64,000 nucleotides of DNA from Minisyncoccota bacterium (lineage in GTDB: Bacteria; Patescibacteriota; Minisyncoccia; JAHIHE01; JAGLIN01): the NCBI GenBank assembly GCA_028690055.1, contig JAQVBZ010000003.1:7779-71778 (forward strand), read 5' to 3'. Below are positions 40,202 to 49,468 of the stretch, one piece after another. The notes under the pieces were generated by a model. That model was not told the origin of the DNA and ran no database searches. It worked only from the letters and a program-made list of their open reading frames with translations. Position 1 is the first letter of the stretch. The number at the start of each line of letters is the position of its first letter. The translations under genes and the position numbers were made by a program.

Positions 40202-40792
40202 TTAAAAAGTTTTTACAATCTTCTTGATTTTTCTGATTACCTCACTGTCCGCCTCGCGCTTCTCCTCGATAGTCATCTGTCGCCAAGTCTTATCGATTCT
40301 ATCCACTTTAAAAACAGTACCAAAAGCAAAATTATATTGAAAACCTTGCCCAAAAAACGACCAATCCAGTCTTCCGTCCAGTTTATTAGAAAATGACTGC
40401 ACGGCACCATCAGGATTTGCAATAGCATATGCGCTTTGAAAATAACAAGACAAATCATCGATATTTTCTGTTTCGTTTTTCAGATATTGCAAAAGCTCAG
40501 GCTTATTCATTTCTTTTTCAAACCTCCCTCCCCACCTTTTTACCGACACGCCGGGAAAACCACCCAGAGCGTTCACAAAAAATCCGGTATCGTCACTGAG
40601 CGTAACTTCCCCGCTTGCCGCCGCCCAAGCAAGTGCTTTCTTCTTGGCATTTTCTTCCAGCGAATCGATACCTTCCTCCACCTCTATTTTATCCAATCCC
40701 AAATCTTCATACGACAAAACATCCCAAGTCGGGAAATATTTTCTCCAATCACTTATTTTCCCCGGATTGCCTGAACCGATAAATAGTCTCAT
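40202..40792 (-). CDS. rdgB: Non-canonical purine NTP pyrophosphatase (Ham1/RdgB family)
   Basis: 196 aa with the N-terminal FIGSGNPGKISD (xTGNxGK) motif and SDDTGFFVNALGGFPGVS (DDSGL..ALxGxPGvyS). Confidence 0.7.
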   Translation of the reverse strand: MRLFIGSGNPGKISDWRKYFPTWDVLSYEDLGLDKIEVEEGIDSLEENAKKKALAWAAASGEVTLSDDTGFFVNALGGFPGVSVKRWGGRFEKEMNKPELLQYLKNETENIDDLSCYFQSAYAIANPDGAVQSFSNKLDGRLDWSFFGQGFQYNFAFGTVFKVDRIDKTWRQMTIEEKREADSEVIRKIKKIVKTF

Positions 40793-40906
40793 ATTTTTTG
40801 AATGATAGATTCTATCTATATATTATATCACTCTCCTGCCCCTACGAACACAACAAAAAACACCCCGGAAATCCAGGATGCTTTTTTAAATATCTCAAAA
40901 GAGATA

Positions 40907-41104
40907 TTATGCCTTCTGTACATCAGAAGCGGCAGGACCCTTTGGGGTATCCTTTACTTCGAAAGTAACAGCATCACCTTCTCTAAGGTCGTTGAAATCA
41001 ACGTCGATAAGGTCATTGGCGTGGAAGAAAAGGTCTTTTGCACCATCTTCCGGTGTGATGAAACCGAACTTTTTATCGTTCAGTCTTTTGATTTGTCCTT
41101 GCAT
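40907..41104 (-). CDS. cspA: Cold-shock protein
   Basis: 65 aa with RNP1/RNP2 motifs (KFGFI, FFH) and full-length similarity to the CspA family. Confidence 0.9.
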   Translation of the reverse strand: MQGQIKRLNDKKFGFITPEDGAKDLFFHANDLIDVDFNDLREGDAVTFEVKDTPKGPAASDVQKA

Positions 41105-41369
41105 TTTTTTGTATGTTAAGTAAATAAGTCCGAAGTGATATGTGAAATATTAATAGTGACAATAATATATCCGCATCCTCTTGCGGCAGCCTTAAAATAA
41201 GACCGATCATCTCAAGTTGCAAGACTCAAGCTAACGAGTTGACTATATCATAGAATATTAATACTGTCAAGCATTTTATTAAAGACTCTTTTTTGCCACA
41301 AAGAAGGGGTGATTTTCGTTCGTCTATGCTATTGGAGAGAGTGACAAATTTCAGACGCAAAGCTATAAA

Positions 41370-41565
41370 ACTTTGAATTACGAAATGCTTCATTTTATAA
41401 ATCAATCCTCTTTGTATCATTCTACAGTGCAGTAAAATAAACTCTTGATTGTCTGTCATTCTGAGGTACTCCGAAGAATCCCGTGAGAAAGCGCGAGGAA
41501 TCTGACAATGGGATCCTTCGGAGTACCTCAGAGCCTGCCCTCGACCTGATCGGGGGATGACAAAC
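41370..41565. repeat. Left copy of a ~195-bp inverted repeat flanking the 41685-43220 cassette; it embeds a two-armed REP/MITE-like element (41455-41535)
   Basis: It aligns with the reverse complement of 43433-43630. The shared blocks are CTTTGAATTACGAAATGCTTCATTTTA, GTCATTCTGAGGTACTCCGA(A/G)GAAT(C/T)CCGTGAGAAA and GGGATCCTTCGGAGTA(C/T)CTCAGAGCCTGCCCT(C/T)GA(C/T)CTGATCGGGGGATGACAA. Confidence 0.7.
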
Positions 41566-41684
41566 AAGTTATTCCGTAATTCAAAGGATAAAAAACAAAA
41601 GACCTGGCACTATATGTTTTGATAAAAATTAAAAGCCGGAAAGGTGATTCTCTTTCCGGCCGATGTTTTTTATTTATTGTTTTT

Positions 41685-43220
41685 TTAAGATTTCTCTTGT
41701 ACCCATTTAAGAAGTCTCATAATCCCCTCTCCCGGTTTAGAAGAATTAGATGGGGGTATCTCTGTTTCTTCCTCCACGTATTCCTCCGTTACGGTTTCCG
41801 AAGAGTTGAAACATCTGTGGACAAGATCAAAGAAACCTCCTATGATATTTTTCAGCCCCTCCCCCTGTTCAAGCGGTACCTCTGATTTTTTCTCCGTTTC
41901 CGTTTCCGAAGAGTTAAAGTACGTCGGTACGACTTTCACATAGAAAGTCTTTTCAGCTTTAATATATCTTCCGCTGGCGTCACGTACCTCCACACGAATA
42001 CTCCTGTCTCCACTAGTCTCCACGAACATGATAGATGGAGTCTGCCAATGATAATCACCGGGTGTGGATACCTTTTTCACAAAGGTTCCATCGGCCTTAG
42101 AAAGAAAAATATAGAACGTGTCATCATCTTTGAGACCCGAACACTTCCTAAGATCCAAGGTGAAATAGGTATTCCATGTCACTTCTTTGGGGGTATCGCC
42201 AAAATCAATCGTTATACCACCATCGCCCACCTGGGTTTTTTCGGTAACGGATGTGGTAGTTCTATCTTTTTCACCTGATGATTTTATATATGAGGATTTA
42301 ATATTGATAAGATACGTTTCCTTCTCCAGGACTTTTTTTGCCCCGGAGTCATAAACAATAATATCTATTTTTTTCTCCCCGGAAGAATCGAATATATACT
42401 GCGTTTTAAGTGGACGAGACGGATGCTCAACGAAGAATTTCAGACTCTTGTCTTCGAAACCATCAACTTGAATATTGATGATCGCATCTGTACCGGCATA
42501 GAAACCTCCGAAGTCTAGGGTGACAGATTCTCCTATTCCGGGATTACTTGGCGTAATCCTAACCTTGAAGATAGATTTATTCGACTCTTTTGCGTTATTA
42601 ACAACGAAGATATACGTTTCTTCACGAATCACTCCTAATCTATTATTGACCGTTATCGTCAGATTATACCTTCCATTAGGTAGAGAATCTGTTCGATAAT
42701 TATCTGTGAAGAACGTTCGTTTGGTTGGAATCTCTCCTCCACTGATTGCCCCGCGTATTTTCTGGTCAATAAGGGCCGCTTCATCTCTAGGAACATCGGT
42801 GCCTATCGTGATGTTTATAAAATGATTCTCCTCAGAAACGATAGAAACTTCCAAATCCATCTTACTCGGCTCGATGATACGGAATTCGATTGTCTTCTCT
42901 CCTCCCTTTTGCTTCCCGTCCGTATCAAATACCCCATATTTTATTTTTGTTTTACCTTCTTTGTCCTCACTTGCCCTGAGTTCAATGCGATTAGCGCCTC
43001 CCGTAGGCTGTTCGGTAATTATTTCGAAGAACTTTTTATCGGACTCGGTTATTTTTAGAAGATACCCGCCACTCACAGACAGTACTATTTCCTCATTGTT
43101 AAAAACTTGATAGACAGGAGGATTCTTGGTAGGTATCTGCTGATTGTTTATTTTTAACTTAGCCGTCTCGCTTCCCAAAGCAGGAATACTGCAGAGACAA
43201 CAAATAAGTAAAACTATCAA
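41685..43220 (-). CDS. Secreted repetitive Ig-like/beta-sandwich protein (hypothetical)
   Basis: 511 aa with a signal peptide (MIVLLICCLCSIPALGSE), several ~90-aa beta-rich segments and a C-terminal tandem CFNSSETxTE(E/K)...EIP repeat. Confidence 0.5.
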   Translation of the reverse strand: MIVLLICCLCSIPALGSETAKLKINNQQIPTKNPPVYQVFNNEEIVLSVSGGYLLKITESDKKFFEIITEQPTGGANRIELRASEDKEGKTKIKYGVFDTDGKQKGGEKTIEFRIIEPSKMDLEVSIVSEENHFINITIGTDVPRDEAALIDQKIRGAISGGEIPTKRTFFTDNYRTDSLPNGRYNLTITVNNRLGVIREETYIFVVNNAKESNKSIFKVRITPSNPGIGESVTLDFGGFYAGTDAIINIQVDGFEDKSLKFFVEHPSRPLKTQYIFDSSGEKKIDIIVYDSGAKKVLEKETYLINIKSSYIKSSGEKDRTTTSVTEKTQVGDGGITIDFGDTPKEVTWNTYFTLDLRKCSGLKDDDTFYIFLSKADGTFVKKVSTPGDYHWQTPSIMFVETSGDRSIRVEVRDASGRYIKAEKTFYVKVVPTYFNSSETETEKKSEVPLEQGEGLKNIIGGFFDLVHRCFNSSETVTEEYVEEETEIPPSNSSKPGEGIMRLLKWVQEKS

Positions 43221-43432
43221 GAATACTTTTAATGCGCCCTTTGTTAGTATTTTATCTATCGCTATATTTTTTGTTTTCGTTTCTCATTCCTCCTAGATTT
43301 TTGCTATTCAGCTTTCTTTTTTCTTAAGGTTTCTTGGTTAGAAACATACCACAAATTTCATCTGAAGTCAAGCATGTGGTCTTAAATTCTATTCTGAAGT
43401 GCAGTTCCCTTTTAAACAAAATATCGCTTGTC

Positions 43433-43630
43433 ATCCCCCGATCAGATCAAGGGCAGGCTCTGAGATACTCCGAAGGATCCCGTTATCAGATTCCACGCGT
43501 TTTCTCACGGAATTCCTCGGAGTACCTCAGAATGACGATAATCAAAAGGTCGGTTTACTTAACTTTGGGGTGGCACAAAGAGAATTGAGTTGTAAAATGA
43601 AGCATTTCGTAATTCAAAGGAAGGCGGGAA
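43433..43630. repeat. Right copy (inverted) of the ~195-bp repeat; it embeds a two-armed REP/MITE-like element (43455-43535)
   Basis: Reverse complement of the 41370-41565 copy at about 80% identity. Both termini are near-identical and the middle has diverged. Confidence 0.7.
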
Positions 43631-43711
43631 TCCTGCACGAACGAATACGAATTTACCCTCGCAAAAAAAACAGCAGCGTTTTGACGACTGCTATCTTTAT
43701 GCAAAAAGCCC

Positions 43712-45292
43712 TTAAACTGTGACACTTTTTTTCTTGCGCTTGCGGATGCGGATGAATCCGTAGATGGAAATGATTATCGCCCCGCCACCGATAGCCAAAA
43801 ACTTCCAAGAGTTTTTCGCGCTGTCGCTAATCTCTTCAAGAGGACGGTCGGAAACGTTCTTGGCGCGGATTGAGGAAAGATCGGCTGAACTGGAAATGCT
43901 CTCGACAAGATTGGTGAAAAATATTTCATTGTCCTGGATCGGCGTTTGAAAGAATACCGGTGATGCAAAATCACTGTCCCCGATCACAATCACCTGCCCG
44001 CCACCATTTTGCGCCGTCGAAATCGCAGCCAAAGTATTCTTGCTGCCATTTAGGAAAGAGAGGTTGGTGTTAGGAGTAAGCTTGATATTTTCAGAAATGG
44101 TCTCACTGCCCTTGCTGGAACCTATAAGGCTCTCAACCTCGTAACCGTCCTTGTTTTCTGTTTTGAGAGAAGAGGCCCAGAGGAATGTCAAAGTGTTCAG
44201 TTTGAATAGAGATGGATGATCGCTGAAGTTTTCCTTAACTGCTCTTACCCAATAGGGATACTCGATATAGTATATCGGCGAATTCAATTTGTCGTATACC
44301 AGGTCGTCATTAATCTCTATGCCGTATGTCTTAGTAAAATCATTCATATTGCTCTCGTTCTTTTTTACAAAGAAGCCTTGCTGCAACAAATCGATATCGA
44401 TATTATTCTTTTCTGACATCACTACGACTTTCCCGCCTTTGATAACAAAGTCATCCAAGACCGCTATCTCCTCCGCACTCAAAGTACTCGTCGGACCGGC
44501 GATGATCAAAGTCTTAGGTGAGACCGATTCTTTTTTCTCTATCTCGCCTTCCGCGGTAGCGACGGCCACGTAGAAACCCTTACTATCCTCTTCGGTGGAA
44601 ATGTTTACATCCTTGATCGTGTAAGACTTGGCCAGGTCGGTCGTAACTATAGCTTTCTCTCCGTGTCCTTGCAGGAAGGCGACGACTTCTTTATTTTCTG
44701 TGGAAACAGAATAGACGGCCGAGATCAGGTCATATTCAAAACTTCCCAACGCCGTGACGCTAGCGAGCGTTTCCGTCTTTGCATTACTCCCCTCGCCGGC
44801 AGAGATAGTCGCGCCGAAGAAGAAATTCTTGACCTCATACTTGTCCTTTTCCACCACCTGTCCTTGCAACTGAGGGATACCCTTGGATGCCAGATCCTGT
44901 ACGGTAGCAGTTTCATTGTCCGGCGCTTCGTATTTTACTGCCAGTTTACCTTTGGATAAATCTTCATATTGGTTCAGAAGGTCCTGAATTTGGGTCTTGA
45001 AAATAACATAATCCGACGGCAGATCTTTGGAGATGAAGAAAGTTACTGTCACCGGCTCGTCCAAGTTATTCAAGATATTTTTTGACGCTGGCGAAGCAGT
45101 ATATATCTTGTCCTGCGTTAGGTCCAGATAGAAGGAACTTTGCGAAACGAGATAATTAAAAGCCAGAAGGAAGACAAGGAAAATCACAGCCGAACCCTGA
45201 GTCGACTTCAACAAAGAGCCTTGCGACCTTTTAGTGATTGATGATAATTTCGGAATTTTTTTATTCATAAGATTAATTAGGGTTATTGACAA
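43712..45292 (-). CDS. GldG-like auxiliary component of an ABC-2 transporter
   Basis: 526 aa with an N-terminal TM, a large extracytoplasmic domain and a C-terminal TM with a basic tail (IRIRKRKKKSVTV). It is directly downstream of the ABC ATPase and ABC-2 permease, a GldA/GldF/GldG-type arrangement. Confidence 0.55.
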   Translation of the reverse strand: MSITLINLMNKKIPKLSSITKRSQGSLLKSTQGSAVIFLVFLLAFNYLVSQSSFYLDLTQDKIYTASPASKNILNNLDEPVTVTFFISKDLPSDYVIFKTQIQDLLNQYEDLSKGKLAVKYEAPDNETATVQDLASKGIPQLQGQVVEKDKYEVKNFFFGATISAGEGSNAKTETLASVTALGSFEYDLISAVYSVSTENKEVVAFLQGHGEKAIVTTDLAKSYTIKDVNISTEEDSKGFYVAVATAEGEIEKKESVSPKTLIIAGPTSTLSAEEIAVLDDFVIKGGKVVVMSEKNNIDIDLLQQGFFVKKNESNMNDFTKTYGIEINDDLVYDKLNSPIYYIEYPYWVRAVKENFSDHPSLFKLNTLTFLWASSLKTENKDGYEVESLIGSSKGSETISENIKLTPNTNLSFLNGSKNTLAAISTAQNGGGQVIVIGDSDFASPVFFQTPIQDNEIFFTNLVESISSSADLSSIRAKNVSDRPLEEISDSAKNSWKFLAIGGGAIIISIYGFIRIRKRKKKSVTV

Positions 45293-45528
45293 ATAGACAA
45301 TTCATGCTATCATATCCTCATAAAATAGGTAGGGAGAATTAGTATGACAGTGGAAACAAAAAATAAAATTTTTTTGTTGCATATCACTTCGCAACTTATC
45401 ACTCGGATATGCAATATGATAGACTACGCGATATACGGGTGTTATCCTGTATTCAACAAAGAACAAGCTAATGAAAGGAAGAGAGACATGAAGAGAACCT
45501 GAATTCAGGCTCTTCTTTTTTCTAAAAA

Positions 45529-46245
45529 TTACTTCCACTTCCTCTCTTTGATTGCTTGCGTATTTAAGAAAAGGAAAAATATCACGACGGAAAAATAATA
45601 AACCAAATCCTTGAGCGAAATAACACCGCGCAAAATAGAGTTGAAGTGCGTTGCCAAACTGATGTTCTTTCCGACGATAGCAATGATGGAAGGTGCAGTA
45701 TCAAGAACGAAAGAACTTCCGACGATATAAAAAAGAAATATTACAACCAGAGACAAAAGGAAGGCGGTAATCTGATTTTTCGTAACCGAAGATACCCAAA
45801 GCCCGATGGCGATATAGGCAGCACCCAGAAAAAGCGTACCCAGATAACCGGCAAAGATCAGCCCCCAATCCGGCTCACTTAAACTTCCTAACATCAAAGG
45901 AATCATAAAAGTGAAAAACAAAAGTTTCACCAAAAAAACGAATGCTGCCAAAAACTTTCCCAGCACCACCTGGATATTTTCCAAAGGCAGCGTAAGTAGC
46001 ACCTCTGCCGTGCCACTTCTCTTTTCTTCCGCCCAAGAAGACATTGTGACAGCCGGTAAGATAAAAATGAGAATAGCCGGCATCAACGCAAAGAATCCAC
46101 GCATCGTAGCTTGACCGGAGATAAAGAATCCCTGCATAAAAAGCCAGCCACTGGCTACCAAAAATACACTGGCGACCAGATAGCCCAGAGGAGAATTGAA
46201 ATAGGAATTGATTTCCTTTTTTGCAAGTGTAATAGTTCTATTCAT
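45529..46245 (-). CDS. ABC-2 family transporter permease (GldF-like)
   Basis: 238 aa with 6 TM helices. Its start overlaps the ATPase stop. Confidence 0.7.
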   Translation of the reverse strand: MNRTITLAKKEINSYFNSPLGYLVASVFLVASGWLFMQGFFISGQATMRGFFALMPAILIFILPAVTMSSWAEEKRSGTAEVLLTLPLENIQVVLGKFLAAFVFLVKLLFFTFMIPLMLGSLSEPDWGLIFAGYLGTLFLGAAYIAIGLWVSSVTKNQITAFLLSLVVIFLFYIVGSSFVLDTAPSIIAIVGKNISLATHFNSILRGVISLKDLVYYFSVVIFFLFLNTQAIKERKWK

Positions 46246-47167
46246 TTCCTTGATCCGTTAAATTGATAAAAATATCTTCCAAGCTGGTTTCTTGTTTTTC
46301 AAGCGCCAAAAGTCCTGCACCGCTCTCTACTACCGTCCGGGCGACCTCGGCACGGATATCCGTTTCCTTAAGGACTTCGATATCTATTTTCTTTCCCTCG
46401 AACTTCACCCCAATCACACCATCAAGACTTTGCAATTTTTCTTCCAACGATTGCGATTCTCCTCGGACCTCTATCTTTATCAGAGTATTCGCCTTGCCTT
46501 CTTTCTCCAAATCCTCAGGAACACCATCTGCCACAATCTTGCCTCGATTGATAATGATCACACGCGAACAAGTCGATCGCACCTCGGAAAGGATATGACT
46601 GGACAAAATAATCGTCCGATCCTTGCCGATCTCTTTGATGAGATCACGGATTTCAATTCTCTGCTTCGGATCCAGCCCGGTAGTCGGTTCATCAAGAATG
46701 ATTATTCTGGGATTATGTATGAGTGCCTGCGCGATGCCTACTCTCTGCCGATAACCTTTGGAAAGCGTACTTATCTCCGCATTCTTCTTCTCGGACAATG
46801 CGCATTTTTTTATGACTTCTTTCACTTTGCCGTCGATTTCTTCTTCGCTTATACCCTGCATTCTGCCGATAAATCCCAGATATTCCACAACCAGCATATC
46901 TTCATACAATGGCGCTTGCTCCGGCAGATAGCCGATCTTGCTTTTTATCTTCTGATCCATCAGAGGATTATTGACATCCATTCCCTCAATCTCCACCTCG
47001 CCTGCGCTGGGTTTTAAAAAAGATACCAGAATGCGCAGCAGCGTAGTCTTACCGGCGCCGTTCGGACCCAATAGTCCGACCACTTCCCCCTCCTTGAGCT
47101 CGAAAGATACGTCACGTAGCGCTATGAAATCTCCGTATTTTTTTGTCAGATGTTCAACTTTGATCAT
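46238..47167 (-). CDS. ABC transporter ATP-binding protein (GldA/CcmA-like)
   Basis: 309 aa with Walker A GPNGAGKTT, the signature LSKGYRQRV, Walker B IIILDEPTTGLD and a C-terminal extension. Confidence 0.9.
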   Translation of the reverse strand: MIKVEHLTKKYGDFIALRDVSFELKEGEVVGLLGPNGAGKTTLLRILVSFLKPSAGEVEIEGMDVNNPLMDQKIKSKIGYLPEQAPLYEDMLVVEYLGFIGRMQGISEEEIDGKVKEVIKKCALSEKKNAEISTLSKGYRQRVGIAQALIHNPRIIILDEPTTGLDPKQRIEIRDLIKEIGKDRTIILSSHILSEVRSTCSRVIIINRGKIVADGVPEDLEKEGKANTLIKIEVRGESQSLEEKLQSLDGVIGVKFEGKKIDIEVLKETDIRAEVARTVVESGAGLLALEKQETSLEDIFINLTDQGNE

Positions 47168-47328
47168 TGTTTTATATTACTTCTAAAATATCATTTTCTC
47201 GAACCATATATATGCCGAGATACCTCGGACATGTTCCCAAGCATTTTTTGCTGGCGCAAATTTTCATTTTTTTATCGTACAAGATTCTCCGCAAAGCGAG
47301 GGGGCATAGCATTAAGCTATTCGAGAAA

Positions 47329-48651
47329 TCAATCCCGCTTGACGAGATGGTTCAATTCCTTGTTCATATTTTCCAGAACCTGGAGATAATAGTTAAGAAA
47401 AAAACTATGGATGCTGTGCCACTTCTTTTCCCGATACATCTGCTCCACCCCCAAACGTCTCAGAGTTTTGAAAAATTCCTCATCTTCCGTATGTTCTACC
47501 ACCGCCTCTAAAGCCATATCAAGCTGCCTGAAACCGTAAAAATTATAATCCACACCGACTTTACGGGAGCTGAGGAATAATAAAAGTTGAGGCAAGAGCA
47601 TCTCCTCTTTCTGCTCGCCGACATTCACCCAAATTTCCCGAGCCTCCTTCTTACTGAAACCGTGACTTCTGACGACCGGGTCCACGGCGCGAATGACCTC
47701 TAGCAACTCCTTACATAGATCAAAGAATATTTCCCGATCATCGATAGACTGCGACTGGTATATTATAAGTTCATTGCCGGGAAAAATCTTGAAGCCGAAT
47801 CCTTCACTCACAAGTGTCTTATTATTCATTTGCGCTCTGAGGATACATATCTTAATCATAACATCCGAATTGCTGTATATGGTATTTTCCGGCGTATCTG
47901 AACGAAAAGAGCCGATTTTCTTCCCCAAGTTTTCCAATATCTCCACTGACTCAGCATTACCGTTTTCTAAAATAAGCTTTTTCAATTTCTTGGCATTTTC
48001 CGTCTTGCAGAAAAGCAGTTTTTTGGCAATACTCTTCTCCAAGCCGGTATGCTGAACCTTTGTAAAATAGTTTTCAATGAAAAAATCTATCTGTTCCTCC
48101 TGTTTGAAATCCAGGAGGTAATTCAACGATACGGCCTTTTCCACATTGTCGGTGTCCTTGCTGAAAATAAGCTCGCGTAATTTATTTTCATACTGGATAA
48201 GCATATCCTGCTTGAAAAGATAATCCAAGACACAGCCCAGCCCGATGCCGTTCAAATTGAAATCTTGGCGGAATTCCAAGTCAGCGCAGTAATCGAGATA
48301 CATTGCTGCCATCCTGTCTCCTATGTCGCTGAAATAGTTCCTCTCTGCCATAAGGAATAGCGCCATCGGAATGTGTTCTTTTTGAATCTCATAGCTTTCA
48401 AGAAGCTCGTTCAATCTCCTGCCCAAATTCTGATAATCCAGACGGGAGAGACTCCAGATAAAGTAATATCCCACAGAGGAATATCTATGCTTCTTGTATC
48501 CGTCCAGAATAGGGTACACGAAGATACCGTTTCCCGATTCATCCATATATTCTAAGACATCGTAAATTTGCGGCTCATGTTTAGCATTATATAGATCTGA
48601 AATAAGTTTAGAATCTTCCTCTGATTGCATATTTTTTCCCTTAATAATCAA
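47329..48651 (-). CDS. Hypothetical cytoplasmic protein (orphan)
   Basis: 440-aa alpha-helical ORF with no TM segments and no motif I can assign. Confidence 0.4.
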   Translation of the reverse strand: MIIKGKNMQSEEDSKLISDLYNAKHEPQIYDVLEYMDESGNGIFVYPILDGYKKHRYSSVGYYFIWSLSRLDYQNLGRRLNELLESYEIQKEHIPMALFLMAERNYFSDIGDRMAAMYLDYCADLEFRQDFNLNGIGLGCVLDYLFKQDMLIQYENKLRELIFSKDTDNVEKAVSLNYLLDFKQEEQIDFFIENYFTKVQHTGLEKSIAKKLLFCKTENAKKLKKLILENGNAESVEILENLGKKIGSFRSDTPENTIYSNSDVMIKICILRAQMNNKTLVSEGFGFKIFPGNELIIYQSQSIDDREIFFDLCKELLEVIRAVDPVVRSHGFSKKEAREIWVNVGEQKEEMLLPQLLLFLSSRKVGVDYNFYGFRQLDMALEAVVEHTEDEEFFKTLRRLGVEQMYREKKWHSIHSFFLNYYLQVLENMNKELNHLVKRD

Positions 48652-49019
48652 CCGCCCTGCTCTTTTTGAAAATAAAAAAACTGCAAATGAAACAGAAGTT
48701 TTTCCAGCTTGTGTCTCTGGACGTCTTTATTTCTCCACATTATTATACGCTTTTTGTCTGTTTTTCTTTTCCTTGAATTCTTTAGGCAAATGAGTGCGAT
48801 GTTTCATATATTTCATTATCATACACTTTCTAAAAAAAATCAAAAAAATATGAGGCGTTTATCCCCAAGGGCCCTTTTTAAAGCGAAAACAGGGTCAGGA
48901 GATTAAAAATAACCGGGTTTTTTCATTCATCATAAAGGAATCCGCGCTACAGAAAAAGAGACGAGATAAATCAACGTCTCTATTTCTCACAGACAAGGGT
49001 TTTAACATTAGTTTTAGAA

Positions 49020-49424
49020 TCACCTCGCTTTCAAGATATCCCTGATTTCCGTCAGAAGCTTTTCCTCCACACCGGGAGGGGCGACTTCCTGTGGCTTTTC
49101 CCGCTCGGCCTTTTTTGTCAGCCGATTGGAAAATTTAACCACCATAAAAACCGCAAAGGCGATGAACAGAAAATCCACAACATTCTGCAAGAACAAGCCG
49201 TAGCTAATCGCCACCTCCGAGTTGGTAGCGGTAGCTTTTTCGAGCACAATTTTCAAATTGCGAAAATCTACCCGACCAAGAAGCAATCCGATGGGCGGCA
49301 TCAGGACATCGCTCACAAAAGAAGAAATAATCTTGCCGAACGCACCCCCGATAATAACGGCGACCGCCAGATCGAGAACGTTGCCCTTGATAGCAAACTG
49401 TTTGAATTCTTCAATGATTTTCAT
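49020..49424 (-). CDS. mscL: Large-conductance mechanosensitive channel
   Basis: 134 aa. The N-terminus (FKQFAIKGNVLDLAVAVIIGGAFGKII) and the MPPIGLL loop are MscL hallmarks. Confidence 0.9.
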   Translation of the reverse strand: MKIIEEFKQFAIKGNVLDLAVAVIIGGAFGKIISSFVSDVLMPPIGLLLGRVDFRNLKIVLEKATATNSEVAISYGLFLQNVVDFLFIAFAVFMVVKFSNRLTKKAEREKPQEVAPPGVEEKLLTEIRDILKAR

Positions 49425-49468
49425 ATTTTTTTCTTACGATTTAATAGCTTGCAAAAATAAGACAAGCT

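Noticed and set aside
41226-43722. ORFs 41226-41567 (113 aa), 43334-43588 (84 aa) and 43399-43722 (107 aa). They share peptide strings such as IPRS.QGQALRYSEGS..QIPR.FSR.SSEYLRMT and KMKHFVIQ
   Set aside because: The shared peptides are the translation of the same ~195-bp inverted repeat read on opposite strands. They are repeat DNA, not paralogous genes.
45302-45538. 78-aa ORF in the 236-bp gap between the ABC-2 permease and the GldG-like gene
   Set aside because: No start context or conservation signal is visible and it overlaps the permease 3' end by a few bases. It is probably intergenic.
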